64,000 nt of DNA. Origin: Octopus bimaculoides. Its lineage: Eukaryota. Positions 53,069-64,000 of the stretch are shown here, piece after piece. Numbering within the stretch: position 1 is the stretch's first letter; each line of letters opens with the position of its first letter. A program made the translations under genes and the position numbers. The notes below the pieces were generated by a model. It saw nothing but the letters and a program-made list of their open reading frames with translations. It was not told the origin of the DNA and searched no databases. The DNA lies in NCBI RefSeq assembly GCF_001194135.2, contig NC_068986.1:33185219-33249218 (forward strand). The letters are read 5' to 3'.

Positions 53069-53896
53069 ATAAATAAAGTAGATTATACAAAAATGAACAT
53101 TATTTTCCATCTTACAAATTTACTTTATTGTTTATTATTGCTTATATTTTGAATTATATGTATATGGGGACACCAAAATCTTAGTGCCTCTATGGGTCTT
53201 AAGCCAGCCTTGCTGTGAATTCAACAGGTGAGAACGTTCTCACATTATGTACTCTAACTATTTCCCATATCTATTTCATTTTCTACCAGATATCTAAATT
53301 TCGAGAAATACTGTCGGCAATAAAACATTTCACGTTTTCATACTTCCAACTAAGAATTTTACAAATGCGAATTACAACGAACCTAATATGATCCTTTCTC
53401 CATCTGGGCGTAATTATTTTTCCCAGAGTGCAACATTGCACACATACACACACATATTTTTCAGGCTTTTGTTACAATGTAAAAAATTCGTCGTGACACT
53501 ACATTCAGTATATGTGTGTGTACGTGTTAGTGCGTGTATATGTATATGTATATGTATATGTATGTGTATATGTATATGTATATATNNNNNNNNNNNNNNN
53601 NNNNNNNNNNNNNNNNNNNNNNNNNNNNNNNNNNNNNNNNNNNNNNNNNNNNNNNNNNNNNNNNNNNNNNNNNNNNNNNNNNNNNNNNNNNNNNNNNNNN
53701 NNNNNNNNNNNNNNNNNNNNNNNNNNNNNNNNNNNNNNNNNNNNNNNNNNNNNNNNNNNNNNNNNNNNNNNNNNNNNNNNNNNNNNNNNNNNNNNNNNNN
53801 NNNNNNNNNNNNNNNNNNNNNNNNNNNNNNNNNNNNNNNNNNNNNNNNNNNNNNNNNNNNNNNNNNNNNNNNNNNNNNNNNNNNNNNNNNNNNNNN

Positions 53897-53948
<52 letters not shown>

Positions 53949-54368
53949 AATTTATACACATATATACACACACGCATGTGTCCCTAGTTACGGTCACACA
54001 AACACATAAAATCACACACATACATATATATTCATACAAATATATATGTATGAGTGTGTGTGTGCTTACATGTGTGTGTGTTTGCAGGTGTGTGTGTGTT
54101 TGTGTGTGTGCGTGTGAAGTGTGTGAAGTGTCTGCATGCACACGCTTGGGTATACAGATGTGTACACTCCTGTGCTCATGGGCGTATACACATAGGCGCG
54201 CGAGCGACACACACACATGTATACACACGTACAAATATATATATATATACATGCATATATATACATACACACATATATACATACACACATATATACATGT
54301 ATATATATGTATATATAAATATATATATATACAAATTCATACATTTGCACGTACACACATACACACAA

Positions 54369-54422
<54 letters not shown>

Positions 54423-54948
54423 GCATACGTAGTTACATGCCTACATGCATATATACATACATACATTCATACATAGTTACATTCCTACATGCATATATAC
54501 ATACATACGTACATACATACGTACATACATACATACATGCGCATGTGGTGTGTATGTGTGCGTTTGAAATGGTCGTCTGTATGTATGGTGTTTGTTAAGT
54601 CACGCAATGAAGAAACTGAGTTCCTTCTTTATGTATACAAACCGACACGCTTGGTTGGTTTTGTTTTGAAGTGCATTACTGCACTTAGCTGAATGCCATT
54701 ACAATTCACTCAAAGGATGTGATATTCTACTCCCTATAGTTCTCTCTATACACCATGATATATAGGTGTGTTGCTGTGAATCTATATATGTGACGGTGCG
54801 GATATACTTGTCTCACAGCACTACACATTTCAAATATAAATATATTTCTGCTTGTATTTGTATGCGCGTTTCTTTTAATTTCTTTTTTTAGTGACTTGCT
54901 TGTTAGTATGTATACGCTTAAACGCCTATCCCTCTGTGTTCGTATATG

Positions 54949-55003
<55 letters not shown>

Positions 55004-55134
55004 NNNNNNNNNNNNNNNNNNNNNNNNNNNNNNNNNNNNNNNNNNNNNNNNNNNNNNNNNNNNNNNNNNNNNNNNNNNNNNNNNNNNNNNNNNNNNNNNN
55101 NNNNNNNNNNNNNNNNNNNNNNNNNNNNNNNNNN

Positions 55135-55206
<72 letters not shown>

Positions 55207-57464
55207 TATCTACCTATCTATCCCTGAATCTCATATATATACATAGACGTAAATATATTGGATTGAAACACGAGCGCATATACGACAGTGAATGACGTAT
55301 ACTGCCTCCATTCTTTACATTGATTTACAAGCATGCTTCCGCACATTCATCGCTCCATTCAAATATGTAATTATCTATATGCACAACAAACACATGCACA
55401 ATAAAGCCACGAACATATACGTATAATAAAAGTTGAACATTCAACCAACTAGACACAGGTTTATGAATGCACCTCTGCCAACGGAGACATAAAAAACTAT
55501 CTAACATCTAACGTGAATGTGACGTTTACCTTTATTTTAACTAAACCAAAACACCCTCGAATATGGCTAACGACAAAACATTGCAATTGTATGGGTACTA
55601 TACAAATTATATATACATGTCCACACACTCACGCACAAGCCCAGAAAAAAACATAAGTGTGTACATTATATATATATANNNNNNNNNNNNNNNNNNNNNN
55701 NNNNNNNNNNNNNNNNNNNNNNNNNNNNNNNNNNNNNNNNNNNNNNNNNNNNNNNNNNNNNNNNNNNNNNNNNNNNNNNNNNNNNNNNNNNNNNNNNNNN
55801 NNNNNNNNNNNNNNNNNNNNNNNNNNNNNNNNNNNNNNNNNNNNNNNNNNNNNNNNNNNNNNNNNNNNNNNNNNNNNNNNNNNNNNNNNNNNNNNNNNNN
55901 NNNNNNNNNNNNNNNNNNNNNNNNNNNNNNNNNNNNNNNNNNNNNNNNNNNNNNNNNNNNNNNNNNNNNNNNNNNNNNNNNNNNNNNNNNNNNNNNNNNN
56001 NNNNNNNNNNNNNNNNNNNNNNNNNNNNNNNNNNNNNNNNNNNNNNNNNNNNNNNNNNNNNNNNNNNNNNNNNNNNNNNNNNNNNNNNNNNNNNNNNNNN
56101 NNNNNNNNNNNNNNNNNNNNNNNNNNNNNNNNNNNNNNNNNNNNNNNNNNNNNNNNNNNNNNNNNNNNNNNNNNNNNNNNNNNNNNNNNNNNNNNNNNNN
56201 NNNNNNNNNNNNNNNNNNNNNNNNNNNNNNNNNNNNNNNNNNNNNNNNNNNNNNNNNNNNNNNNNNNNNNNNNNNNATATATATATATATATATATATAC
56301 ATACATATATACGTATGCATATATATATATGTATTATGGGTATGTATGTATAAATTGTAAGTAGATTTATACACACATATACAGACTCACGCATACACAC
56401 ATACAACAACCCACATTGTTAAAACCAAGAAAGATCAACATTGGTAAATATATTGAGCTTATAGCATAAAGTATTACAGCTTGACCTTATTACTGACCAA
56501 ATGTAGTTTCATTGGTATGTCTTCGCTTTCCGTGGTCCTATATAACACATACAAACACGCATATCCTTATCTGTTGATCTTTATATAATCTATTCAGGCC
56601 ATGTTTACGTATGTATGTCTTTGTGTCAATCTACAATCTGTCAGATATCTGTTTTTACGTGCGAGTGCGTGCATGTATGAAATACCATCATCATGGCAGT
56701 ATTAAAGATGTTACGGATTCTTTGTGAATGTTTTCCTGTATTCCTGGATTATCGGATTAAAGGATCAAAGGATATGTAGGTAGGTAGATTCTTAAATCCT
56801 AGGCACTATTAGATTTATATATGGTTGGGTAATTTGTTCCTGTAAATGCATGCTGGACAAACACATTTGTAACAAACATGCATGCGCACTCACACAAACA
56901 TACATGAACACAGGACTAAAAACATACGCAAGCACACATACACACATACACACAAACATACATACGCATGTATATGCTACCGGTTAAACATACAACCGAT
57001 ACATACTATACAATCACATGTGTTTCTGTATATATCAATATAATTGTATGTACTTATATTATGGTTGTTCGTGTATGTACATAAGACTGCACGCCTATAA
57101 AGTTTGTATTTGTATATTTGAGTGTGAAAGTATGTGTGTGTTTCTCTTTGAGTTTGTGCATGTTTGCTTGTGTGTGTGTGTGTGTGTGTGTAAGTGTGTT
57201 GATATGTTACTGTTGCTGTTTGTCGCTTGGCCCACAATGCAAACCTGATCGAATACATTAAACGGAAAATATATCCCAGTTCTAACCATTCCGATATTTT
57301 CTTCAAACAATGTTATTAGATTTTATTATCGAATAAGCCCTTTCTATTGTATGATAATAAGGTGTCATTCAAGCTGTTGTGGCTGCTGTTTCTAGCAAAT
57401 TTTGGGTCCGCATAGATGTACTTTTGTTAGCATATTTCTTATCTTTTATCTTTTACTTTCTTAA

Positions 57465-58075
57465 TCATGACTGCCGCCATGCTGGAGCACCGCCTTGAAG
57501 GATTTAACTCCTACAAATCAAAACTTATTTTTTGTGTTTGGTAGTTATTTTCTAAATCTCTTATATCGAACTGTTAAGTAACAAGGACGTAAACAAAGAA
57601 AATATCACACACACATATACATATAAACATATATACTTCGAAGTTCCGCACATTTTCCGTCAATCAAATTCACCCACAAAGCTTTAGTCTGCACAGTGTT
57701 ATAGAAGAAGGCACTTGCCAAAGATGCGGCACCATAAAACTGAATCCGAAACCACGTTGATTTAAAGCGTTCTTCTTAACCACACGACCCTGCCGGATAA
57801 CATAGGAATATTTAGGGGTTTACAAATGAAAGCCATTGCTTTATCTTTTATCATTTATCTCTTGTTATTAGACTGCGGCCATGCTGTAGCAGAGCGTTGA
57901 AAAGTTTTTTTAGACAAACGAATCGACCACAGGCACTAGTTTTTTTGTTTTTTTTCAAACATGGTGATTATTCTATTGTGGTCTTTTGCTGAACCGCTAT
58001 GATACGGTGCCATAAACAAACCGGCACCGGTTGGTAAACAGTGAACACGCGTTCGCGCGCAAACACACACACACA
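57465..58075 (-). mobile_element. Two diverged family C SINE copies in tandem
   Basis: 57465-57790 (3' block, internal repeat, head) and 57865-58075 (3' block into (CA)n). Confidence 0.7.
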
Positions 58076-58138
58076 CAACACACACACACACACATATGTA
58101 TCGTATGAAGTATATATTGGTTTACACAAATCCTAAAA

Positions 58139-58175
<37 letters not shown>

Positions 58176-59421
58176 NNNNNNNNNNNNNNNNNNNNNNNNN
58201 NNNNNNNNNNNNNNNNNNNNNNNNNNNNNNNNNNNNNNNNNNNNNNNNNNNNNNNNNNNNNNNNNNNNNNNNNNNNNNNNNNNNNNNNNNNNNNNNNNNN
58301 NNNNNNNNNNNNNNNNNNNNNNNNNNNNNNNNNNNNNNNNNNNNNNNNNNNNNNNNNNNNNNNNNNNNNNNNNNNNNNNNNNNNNNNNNNNNNNNNNNNN
58401 NNNNNNNNNNNNNNNNNNNNNNNNNNNNNNNNNNNNNNNNNNNNNNNNNNNNNNNNNNNNNNNNNNNNNNNNNNNNNNNNNNNNNNNNNNNNNNNNNNNN
58501 NNNNNNNNNNNNNNNNNNNNNNNNNNNNNNNNNNNNNNNNNNNNNNNNNNNNNNNNNNNNNNNNNNNNNNNNNNNNNNNNNNNNNNNNNNNNNNNNNNNN
58601 NNNNNNNNNNNNNNNNNNNNNNNNNNNNNNNNNNNNNNNNNNNNNNNNNNNNNNNNNNNNNNNNNNNNNNNNNNNNNNNNNNNNNNNNNNNNNNNNNNNN
58701 NNNNNNNNNNNNNNNNNNNNNNNNNNNNNNNNNNNNNNNNNNNNNNNNNNNNNNNNNNNNNNNNNNNNNNNNNNNNNNNNNNNNNNNNNNNNNNNNNNNN
58801 NNNNNNNNNNNNNNNNNNNNNNNNNNNNNNNNNNNNNNNNNNNNNNNNNNNNNNNNNNNNNNNNNNNNNNNNNNNNNNNNNNNNNNNNNNNNNNNNNNNN
58901 NNNNNNNNNNNNNNNNNNNNNNNNNNNNNNNNNNNNNNNNNNNNNNNNNNNNNNNNNNNNNNNNNNNNNNNNNNNNNNNNNNNNNNNNNNNNNNNNNTAT
59001 ATATATATATATGTATTAAACCATTTGCATATACATATACTTAGATTATGTAATGATTTATAACTTAGGTACATAACAGAACATATAATGAAAAGCAATT
59101 CTGATAGGATGAAAATGAAACTCAACTCCATGAGGAATTGAAATCACTAAAGTCATAAAGGGAGGGAATTAATTAAAACAAGACATTTTGTTGGACGTTT
59201 GTCTAAATTTACTTCCAAACGACCTTGGTTTAGTATAATTTTAGACAGAAGAATTGTGGTGGTGGAGTATATCACTAATTACGTTGCAATCAGCTGTTGA
59301 CAAGTAATTATATCATCAATATCGATAGAGCCTGCTCAAGCTTGGTCATCATACTAGAAACATCTTCATCGTTCCCCGAAACCCCATCGTAGCCTCTTAA
59401 AAAAAAGAGGGATACTGAGAT

Positions 59422-59499
<78 letters not shown>

Positions 59500-59504
<5 letters not shown>

Positions 59505-59888
59505 CACAGACAGACGGGCGGACGGATAGACAGACATAGAGGGAGAGAAAGAGAGAAAGAGAGAAAGAGTGGGTGAGACAGAGTGAGAGAGAGAGAAAGA
59601 TAGAGAGAGGGACAGAGAAACATAGAGTTGGATGGTCACTTTCAGGGCACTTGACCATTAAACATACTATTATCACAGACAGATATAGAGGCAGAGACAC
59701 ACAGACGGATATATAGGCAGGGAAAGAGAGAAAGAGTGGGTGAAACAGAGTGAGAGAGAGAGAGAAATATAGAGAGAGAGAAATATAGAGAGAGAGAAAT
59801 ATATAGAGAGAGAAATATAGAGAGAGGGACAGAGAGACAGAGGGTCACTTTCAGGGCACTTGACCATTTAACATACTACTATCATGAC
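59500..59888. repeat. Tandem duplication of a ~209-bp GA-rich unit
   Basis: GGTCACTTTCAGGGCACTTGACCATT(A/T)AACATACTA(T/C)TATCA at 59634 and 59843. GAGAAAGAGTGGGTGA(G/A)ACAGAGTGAGAG is also in both units. Confidence 0.85.
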
Positions 59889-59909
59889 AGTCCCGCATTC
59901 TTCTTCTTC

Positions 59910-60058
59910 TTCTACTTGCATTAGAAACTATAGTACATATCCTTTTTGTTAGGTTGAAGCATTCTGGTGTGTCTGGGGTGGCATGAATTGAACAGTAGAT
60001 ATTGCTTGGAGTCCGTGGGCTTATAGTATATATCTGTTTCTATTACGTTGTTAGGTTT
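59910..60058 (-). mobile_element. Penelope-like element, RT C-terminal fragment
   Basis: IETDIYYKPTDSKQYLLFNSCHPRHT then (frameshift) NLTKRICTIVSN. This is the Penelope T..Y.KPT..QYL...S.HP motif. Confidence 0.85.
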
Positions 60059-60208
60059 CTCTCTCTCTCTCTCTCTCTCTTCTCCTCGAATACGTACTAA
60101 CCTTCTCTCTCTAATCCTCGTCATCATCACCATCATCATCATCGTCCACTTTGAGTGAAATTTGGTGCTCTTTATTCAATCTAAGGAAGTTATATCTAAT
60201 TAAATAAT

Positions 60209-61215
60209 CCCTTCTACAATAGGTACAAGGCCTGAAATATTAGGGGAGAGGACTAATCAATTACAACTACCCAATGTTTGAATGTTACTTAATTTATCGA
60301 TCTCCGAAAAGATGCAATGCAAAGTTGACATCGGCAGAATTAGAACTCAGAACGTAAAGACGGACAAAATGCCGCTAAGCATTGTACCTGGTGTGTTAAC
60401 GATTCTGCCAGCTCGTCGCTTTTCTCTAAATATTTTCTACTCTAGGCACAAGGGTTCCAGTTGATTAGATTGACTCCAGTATGCAACTGATACTTAATTT
60501 ATCGACCCCGAAAGGATGAAATGCAAAGTCGACCTCACAACGTAAAGACAGACGAAATACTGCAAAGCATTTCGCCCGGCATGCTCACGTTTCTTATTTC
60601 TTTATTGCCCACAAGTGGCTAAACATTGCCCACAAGGGGCTAAACAAGGATAAAAGGCAAAGTCGACCTCGGCGGAATTTGAACTCAGAACGTCACGGCA
60701 GACGAAATACCGCGAAACATTTCGCCCGGCGTTCTAACGTTTCTGCCAGTTCGCCGCATTCCGCTCTTCGCTAATTAAATAATACTTTCTACTATCGGAA
60801 CAAGGATCGAAATTTTCATGGGGTGGGACAGTCGATTACATCGACCGAAGTGTTTTAACTGATAATTATCGACGCCTAAAGGATGTAAAGCAAAGTCAAC
60901 CTCGGTGGAATTTCAACTTACAAAGTAAAGACGGACGAAAGCATTTATCCCAGGGTGGCAGTGATTTCTGCCAGCTCGCTGCCGTGCATTACTACTATAA
61001 GCACAAGGCCCGAGATTTGGAGGGGAGAGTACTAATTGATTATATCGACTCCAGTGTTTGACTGCAATTTAATATATAGTAACGCGAAAGGATGAAAGGC
61101 CAAGTCGAACTCGACAGAACGTTATGATAGACGTTATGACAGTGTCAGAACGTTATGATAGACGAAATGTCGATAAGCATTTTGCCCGGCGTGATAACGA
61201 TTGTGCCAATTCGCT
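60209..61215 (-). mobile_element. Cluster of about five head-to-tail family A SINEs
   Basis: Copies at about 60209-60420, 60433-60590, 60592-60757, 60778-60985 and 60990-61215, all in the same orientation. Each carries part or all of GCAAAGTCGACCTC...GAACTCAGAACGTAAAGAC...CTGCCAGCTCG. Confidence 0.88.
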
Positions 61216-61750
61216 GCTTTTACCTAACTAAATAATAATACTTATGCAGTGCAAAATAAAATTTATTTTAGCAAGTAGGGGCAACAACTACCGGTATGTT
61301 ACGATTTTACGAGACGTTGTGTCAACGAAACCTAGTTTCTTCATTGCTCGCTCTATTCGTAATAAGCGAATCACTACACTTACGTGCATTAATGATCAAG
61401 CGTATGACTAATTTTCTTTTAACTAAAGTTAATTATCCGGTTATCATAAAGAATTTAGTGAATTATCTAAAGAAAAATATTTGGTCTATGCTTGAGGGCA
61501 AAATTTTATATTCATCAAATAACGCCTACTTCCATTCATGCCAACTATGACGGTTCATAGTTCAATATTAAAACTCCCCTCTCCCTCTCTCTCTCTCTCT
61601 TCCTCTTTTTCACTGTCTCTCTCCTCCTCTCTCTTTCTTTCTTTCTTTCTCCTTCGTTTTCCATATAGTCAATACTATGAATAAATGTTTCAAGTTTCTC
61701 CGACGAACAAAAACATGTGGAACCTCAGTTTCTAAATTTTCATGAACATT

Positions 61751-61822
61751 CAGGCGTAGGCCTAGCAACAGGCGTAGGCCTAGCAACAGGCGTAGGCCTA
61801 GCAACAGGCGTAGGCCTAGCAA
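61751..61822. repeat. 18-bp minisatellite, 4 perfect copies (CAGGCGTAGGCCTAGCAA)
   Basis: Units start at 61751, 61769, 61787 and 61805. Confidence 0.97.
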
Positions 61823-61985
61823 CAGGTGCAGGCGTGACTGTGTAATAAGAAGTTTGCTTTTCAACTACATAGTGCCGGGATAAATCCCACTGCGTGGCAA
61901 TATGGTCAGCTGCCTTCTTCTATAACCGAACCCTTCTGAGTAGATTTGGCAGATGGAAATCGAGAGAAACCCGTGTGTGTGTGAG
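61823..61985 (+). mobile_element. SINE family C, diverged 5' part
   Basis: CAGGTGCAGGCGTGACTGTGTAATAAGAAGTTTGCT...TCCCACTGCGTGGCA...GATTTGGCAGATGGAAA, then (TG)n. Confidence 0.75.
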
Positions 61986-62267
61986 TGCGTGTGTGTGTGT
62001 ATAAATTATTAAGTTGGCTGGTTACAATTTAAAACTAAAAGTACAATCGTTACTAAAGTGACAACGGTTGCAAGTTGGCACCAGCATTGCTAGAAATAAG
62101 AGTCAAGACAACTCTTAGCCATGTCACTATTGAGTGACAAGGGAGGCAACCACCCAACAGCAAGTGAGGGAGTCAGATCATCGATGACTTTTGATTGAAT
62201 TAATCGTCATCAGAGATACTCCGTTAGCCGCTAAATCTTTTTCTATGTTCGCTCCCTGTTTATTTCT

Positions 62268-62506
62268 TATTTCTTTATTGCCCAGAAGGGGCTAAACATA
62301 GAGGGGACAATCAAGAACAGACAAACGGATTAAGTAGGTTACATCGACCCCAGTGCGTAACTGTTACTTATTTAATCGATCCCGAAAGGACGAAAGGCAA
62401 AGTCGACCTCGGCGGAATTTGAACTCAGAACGTAACGGCAGACGAAATACCTCTAAGCAATTTGGCTGGCGTGCTAGCGTTTCTGCCAGCTCGCCGCCTA
62501 ATATTT
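62268..62506 (-). mobile_element. SINE family A variant (alternative 3' tail) with 16-bp TSD
   Basis: Intact head GGCGGCGAGCTGGCAGAAACGCTAGC and a 3' tail TTTAGCCCCTTCTGGGCAATAAAGAAATAAGAAAT. CTCCCTGTTTATTTCT is duplicated at 62252-62267 and 62507-62522. Confidence 0.93.
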
Positions 62507-62524
62507 CTCCCTGTTTATTTCTGC

Positions 62525-62640
62525 GTTCCTTTTTGTCGAAGAGCGTAGGCTCGTAATGTAAAAGAGTTTCTCACTTCCCGAGCGTTAAACTAATATATCT
62601 GTTTGTTGTTTACACACCCGGCATCGTCTTTTGTTTTGTT
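62525..62640 (+). repeat. Dispersed repeat tail shared with 10465-10530
   Basis: GTAGGCTCG...GTAAAAGAG...ACTTCCCGAGCGTTAAACTAATATATCTGT. Confidence 0.65.
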
Positions 62641-63419
62641 TTTTTTTGTTTTTGTAAATTCCTACTATATATATATTCACGCATGTTTATGTTTATGTTC
62701 ATGTTTATGAATTTGNNNNNNNNNNNNNNNNNNNNNNNNNNNNNNNNNNNNNNNNNNNNNNNNNNNNNNNNNNNNNNNNNNNNNNNNNNNNNNNNNNNNN
62801 NNNNNNNNNNNNNNNNNNNNNNNNNNNNNNNNNNNNNNNNNNNNNNNNNNNNNNNNNNNNNNNNNNNNNNNNNNNNNNNNNNNNNNNNNNNNNNNNNNNN
62901 NNNNNNNNNNNNNNNNNNNNNNNNNNNNNNNNNNNNNNNNNNNNNNNNNNNNNNNNNNNNNNNNNNNNNNNNNNNNNNNNNNNNNNNNNNNNNNNNNNNN
63001 NNNNNNNNNNNNNNNNNNNNNNNNNNNNNNNNNNNNNNNNNNNNNNNNNNNNNNNNNNNNNNNNNNNNNNNNNNNNNNNNNNNNNNNNNNNNNNNNNNNN
63101 NNNNNNNNNNNNNNNNNNNNNNNNNNNNNNNNNNNNNNNNNNNNNNNNNNNNNNNNNNNNNNNNNNNNNNNNNNNNNNNNNNNNNNNNNNNNNNNNNNNN
63201 NNNNNNNNNNNNNNNNNNNNNNNNNNNNNNNNNNNNNNNNNNNNNNNNNNNNNNNNNNNNNNNNNNNNNNNNNNNNNNNNNNNNNNNNNNNNNNNNNNNN
63301 NNNNNNNNNNNNNNNNNNNNNNNNNNNNNNNNNNNNNNNNNNNNNNNNNNNNNTATCAGCTGATTGAGAAACAATGGAATTCCAGTAAATCTCGAGATTG
63401 TCCACGATGGTAAATAGTG

Positions 63420-64000
63420 AATACAAATATCTTATTTTTCTATAAGTTTGATTTATTGAGCGGAGATCAAGCTAAGACACTGCCTTCATTAGTTTTACTT
63501 AACCTTCCTTCGTTTTTTTTTTAACAACCTCGTAAAGTCGTATGCTAAATATTTACATCAAGCTTGTTCTCCGTCAAAGATTTTTTTTTTTCTGCTCGGA
63601 AATTTGGACTTCTCTTCTTGCTTTGATCAAAATAATATTTTCCATTTCGTGAACAAATAGATGATGCTTTTGTAGAAATATTAATCTTTCTATATTGTTT
63701 CAGAATTTAATTTGTTTCAGCAATACTTGTTTGTTTCCTTTCCTGCGCGTTATTTCAGCTTAGGCTATTCAATCTCTACGAATTACAAGCCTAATTTCTT
63801 ACACTTTTCAAATGTACGTCTGCATCCATTTTTCCAGTCATTAGTCAAGAATTTCTTCAATAAATGACTGATGGTTACTGTCATTACAATTTTATCTGCT
63901 GGACAAGTCGCCTATTTTCTTCTCCCGGAAATATTTATTTCTGATGTTCTTCCTTGATTTTGGTTAACTATACTACACAGTGTGTATTAAATGTAAGCTA
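63420..64000 (-). mobile_element. Possible decayed LINE-like remnant related to 43690-46600
   Basis: Same T-rich plus-strand bias and a shared 16-mer TTTTCTTCTCCCGGAA (minus frame FREKK). No clear ORF. Confidence 0.25.

Noticed and set aside
61751-61822. Short direct repeats (also 24898-24965) considered as CRISPR-like arrays
   Set aside because: The units are contiguous with no spacers, there are no cas genes, and the context is eukaryotic.

Overview
Repeat-dominated, AT-rich eukaryotic genomic DNA from a gapped draft assembly (18 N-runs, most flanked by microsatellites). The SINE families, the heavy microsatellite load and the Dong/R4, RTE and Penelope remnants look like a cephalopod (octopus-type) genome; that assignment is inference, not a database match. 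No intact, identifiable host gene, prophage, CRISPR array or operon is supported. Almost all long ORFs in the supplied track are artefacts of microsatellites or N-gaps. Supported content: (1) three tRNA-headed SINE families in many copies, two of them with clear target-site duplications; (2) four fragments of R4/Dong-clade RLE retrotransposons, all on the minus strand and all abutting or leading into (TAA)n tracts; (3) RTE and Penelope RT remnants and two heavily decayed LINE-like stretches; (4) Tc1/mariner (DD37D-like and mariner-like) and pogo/Tigger transposase remnants; (5) three MITEs (mariner-type, long-TIR foldback, hAT-like); (6) minisatellites and compound trinucleotide arrays; (7) a few weak, unidentified candidate exons. 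I found no convincing new biological system. The most interesting signals concern how mobile elements and microsatellites are arranged relative to each other, plus possible exons of an unrecognised gene.
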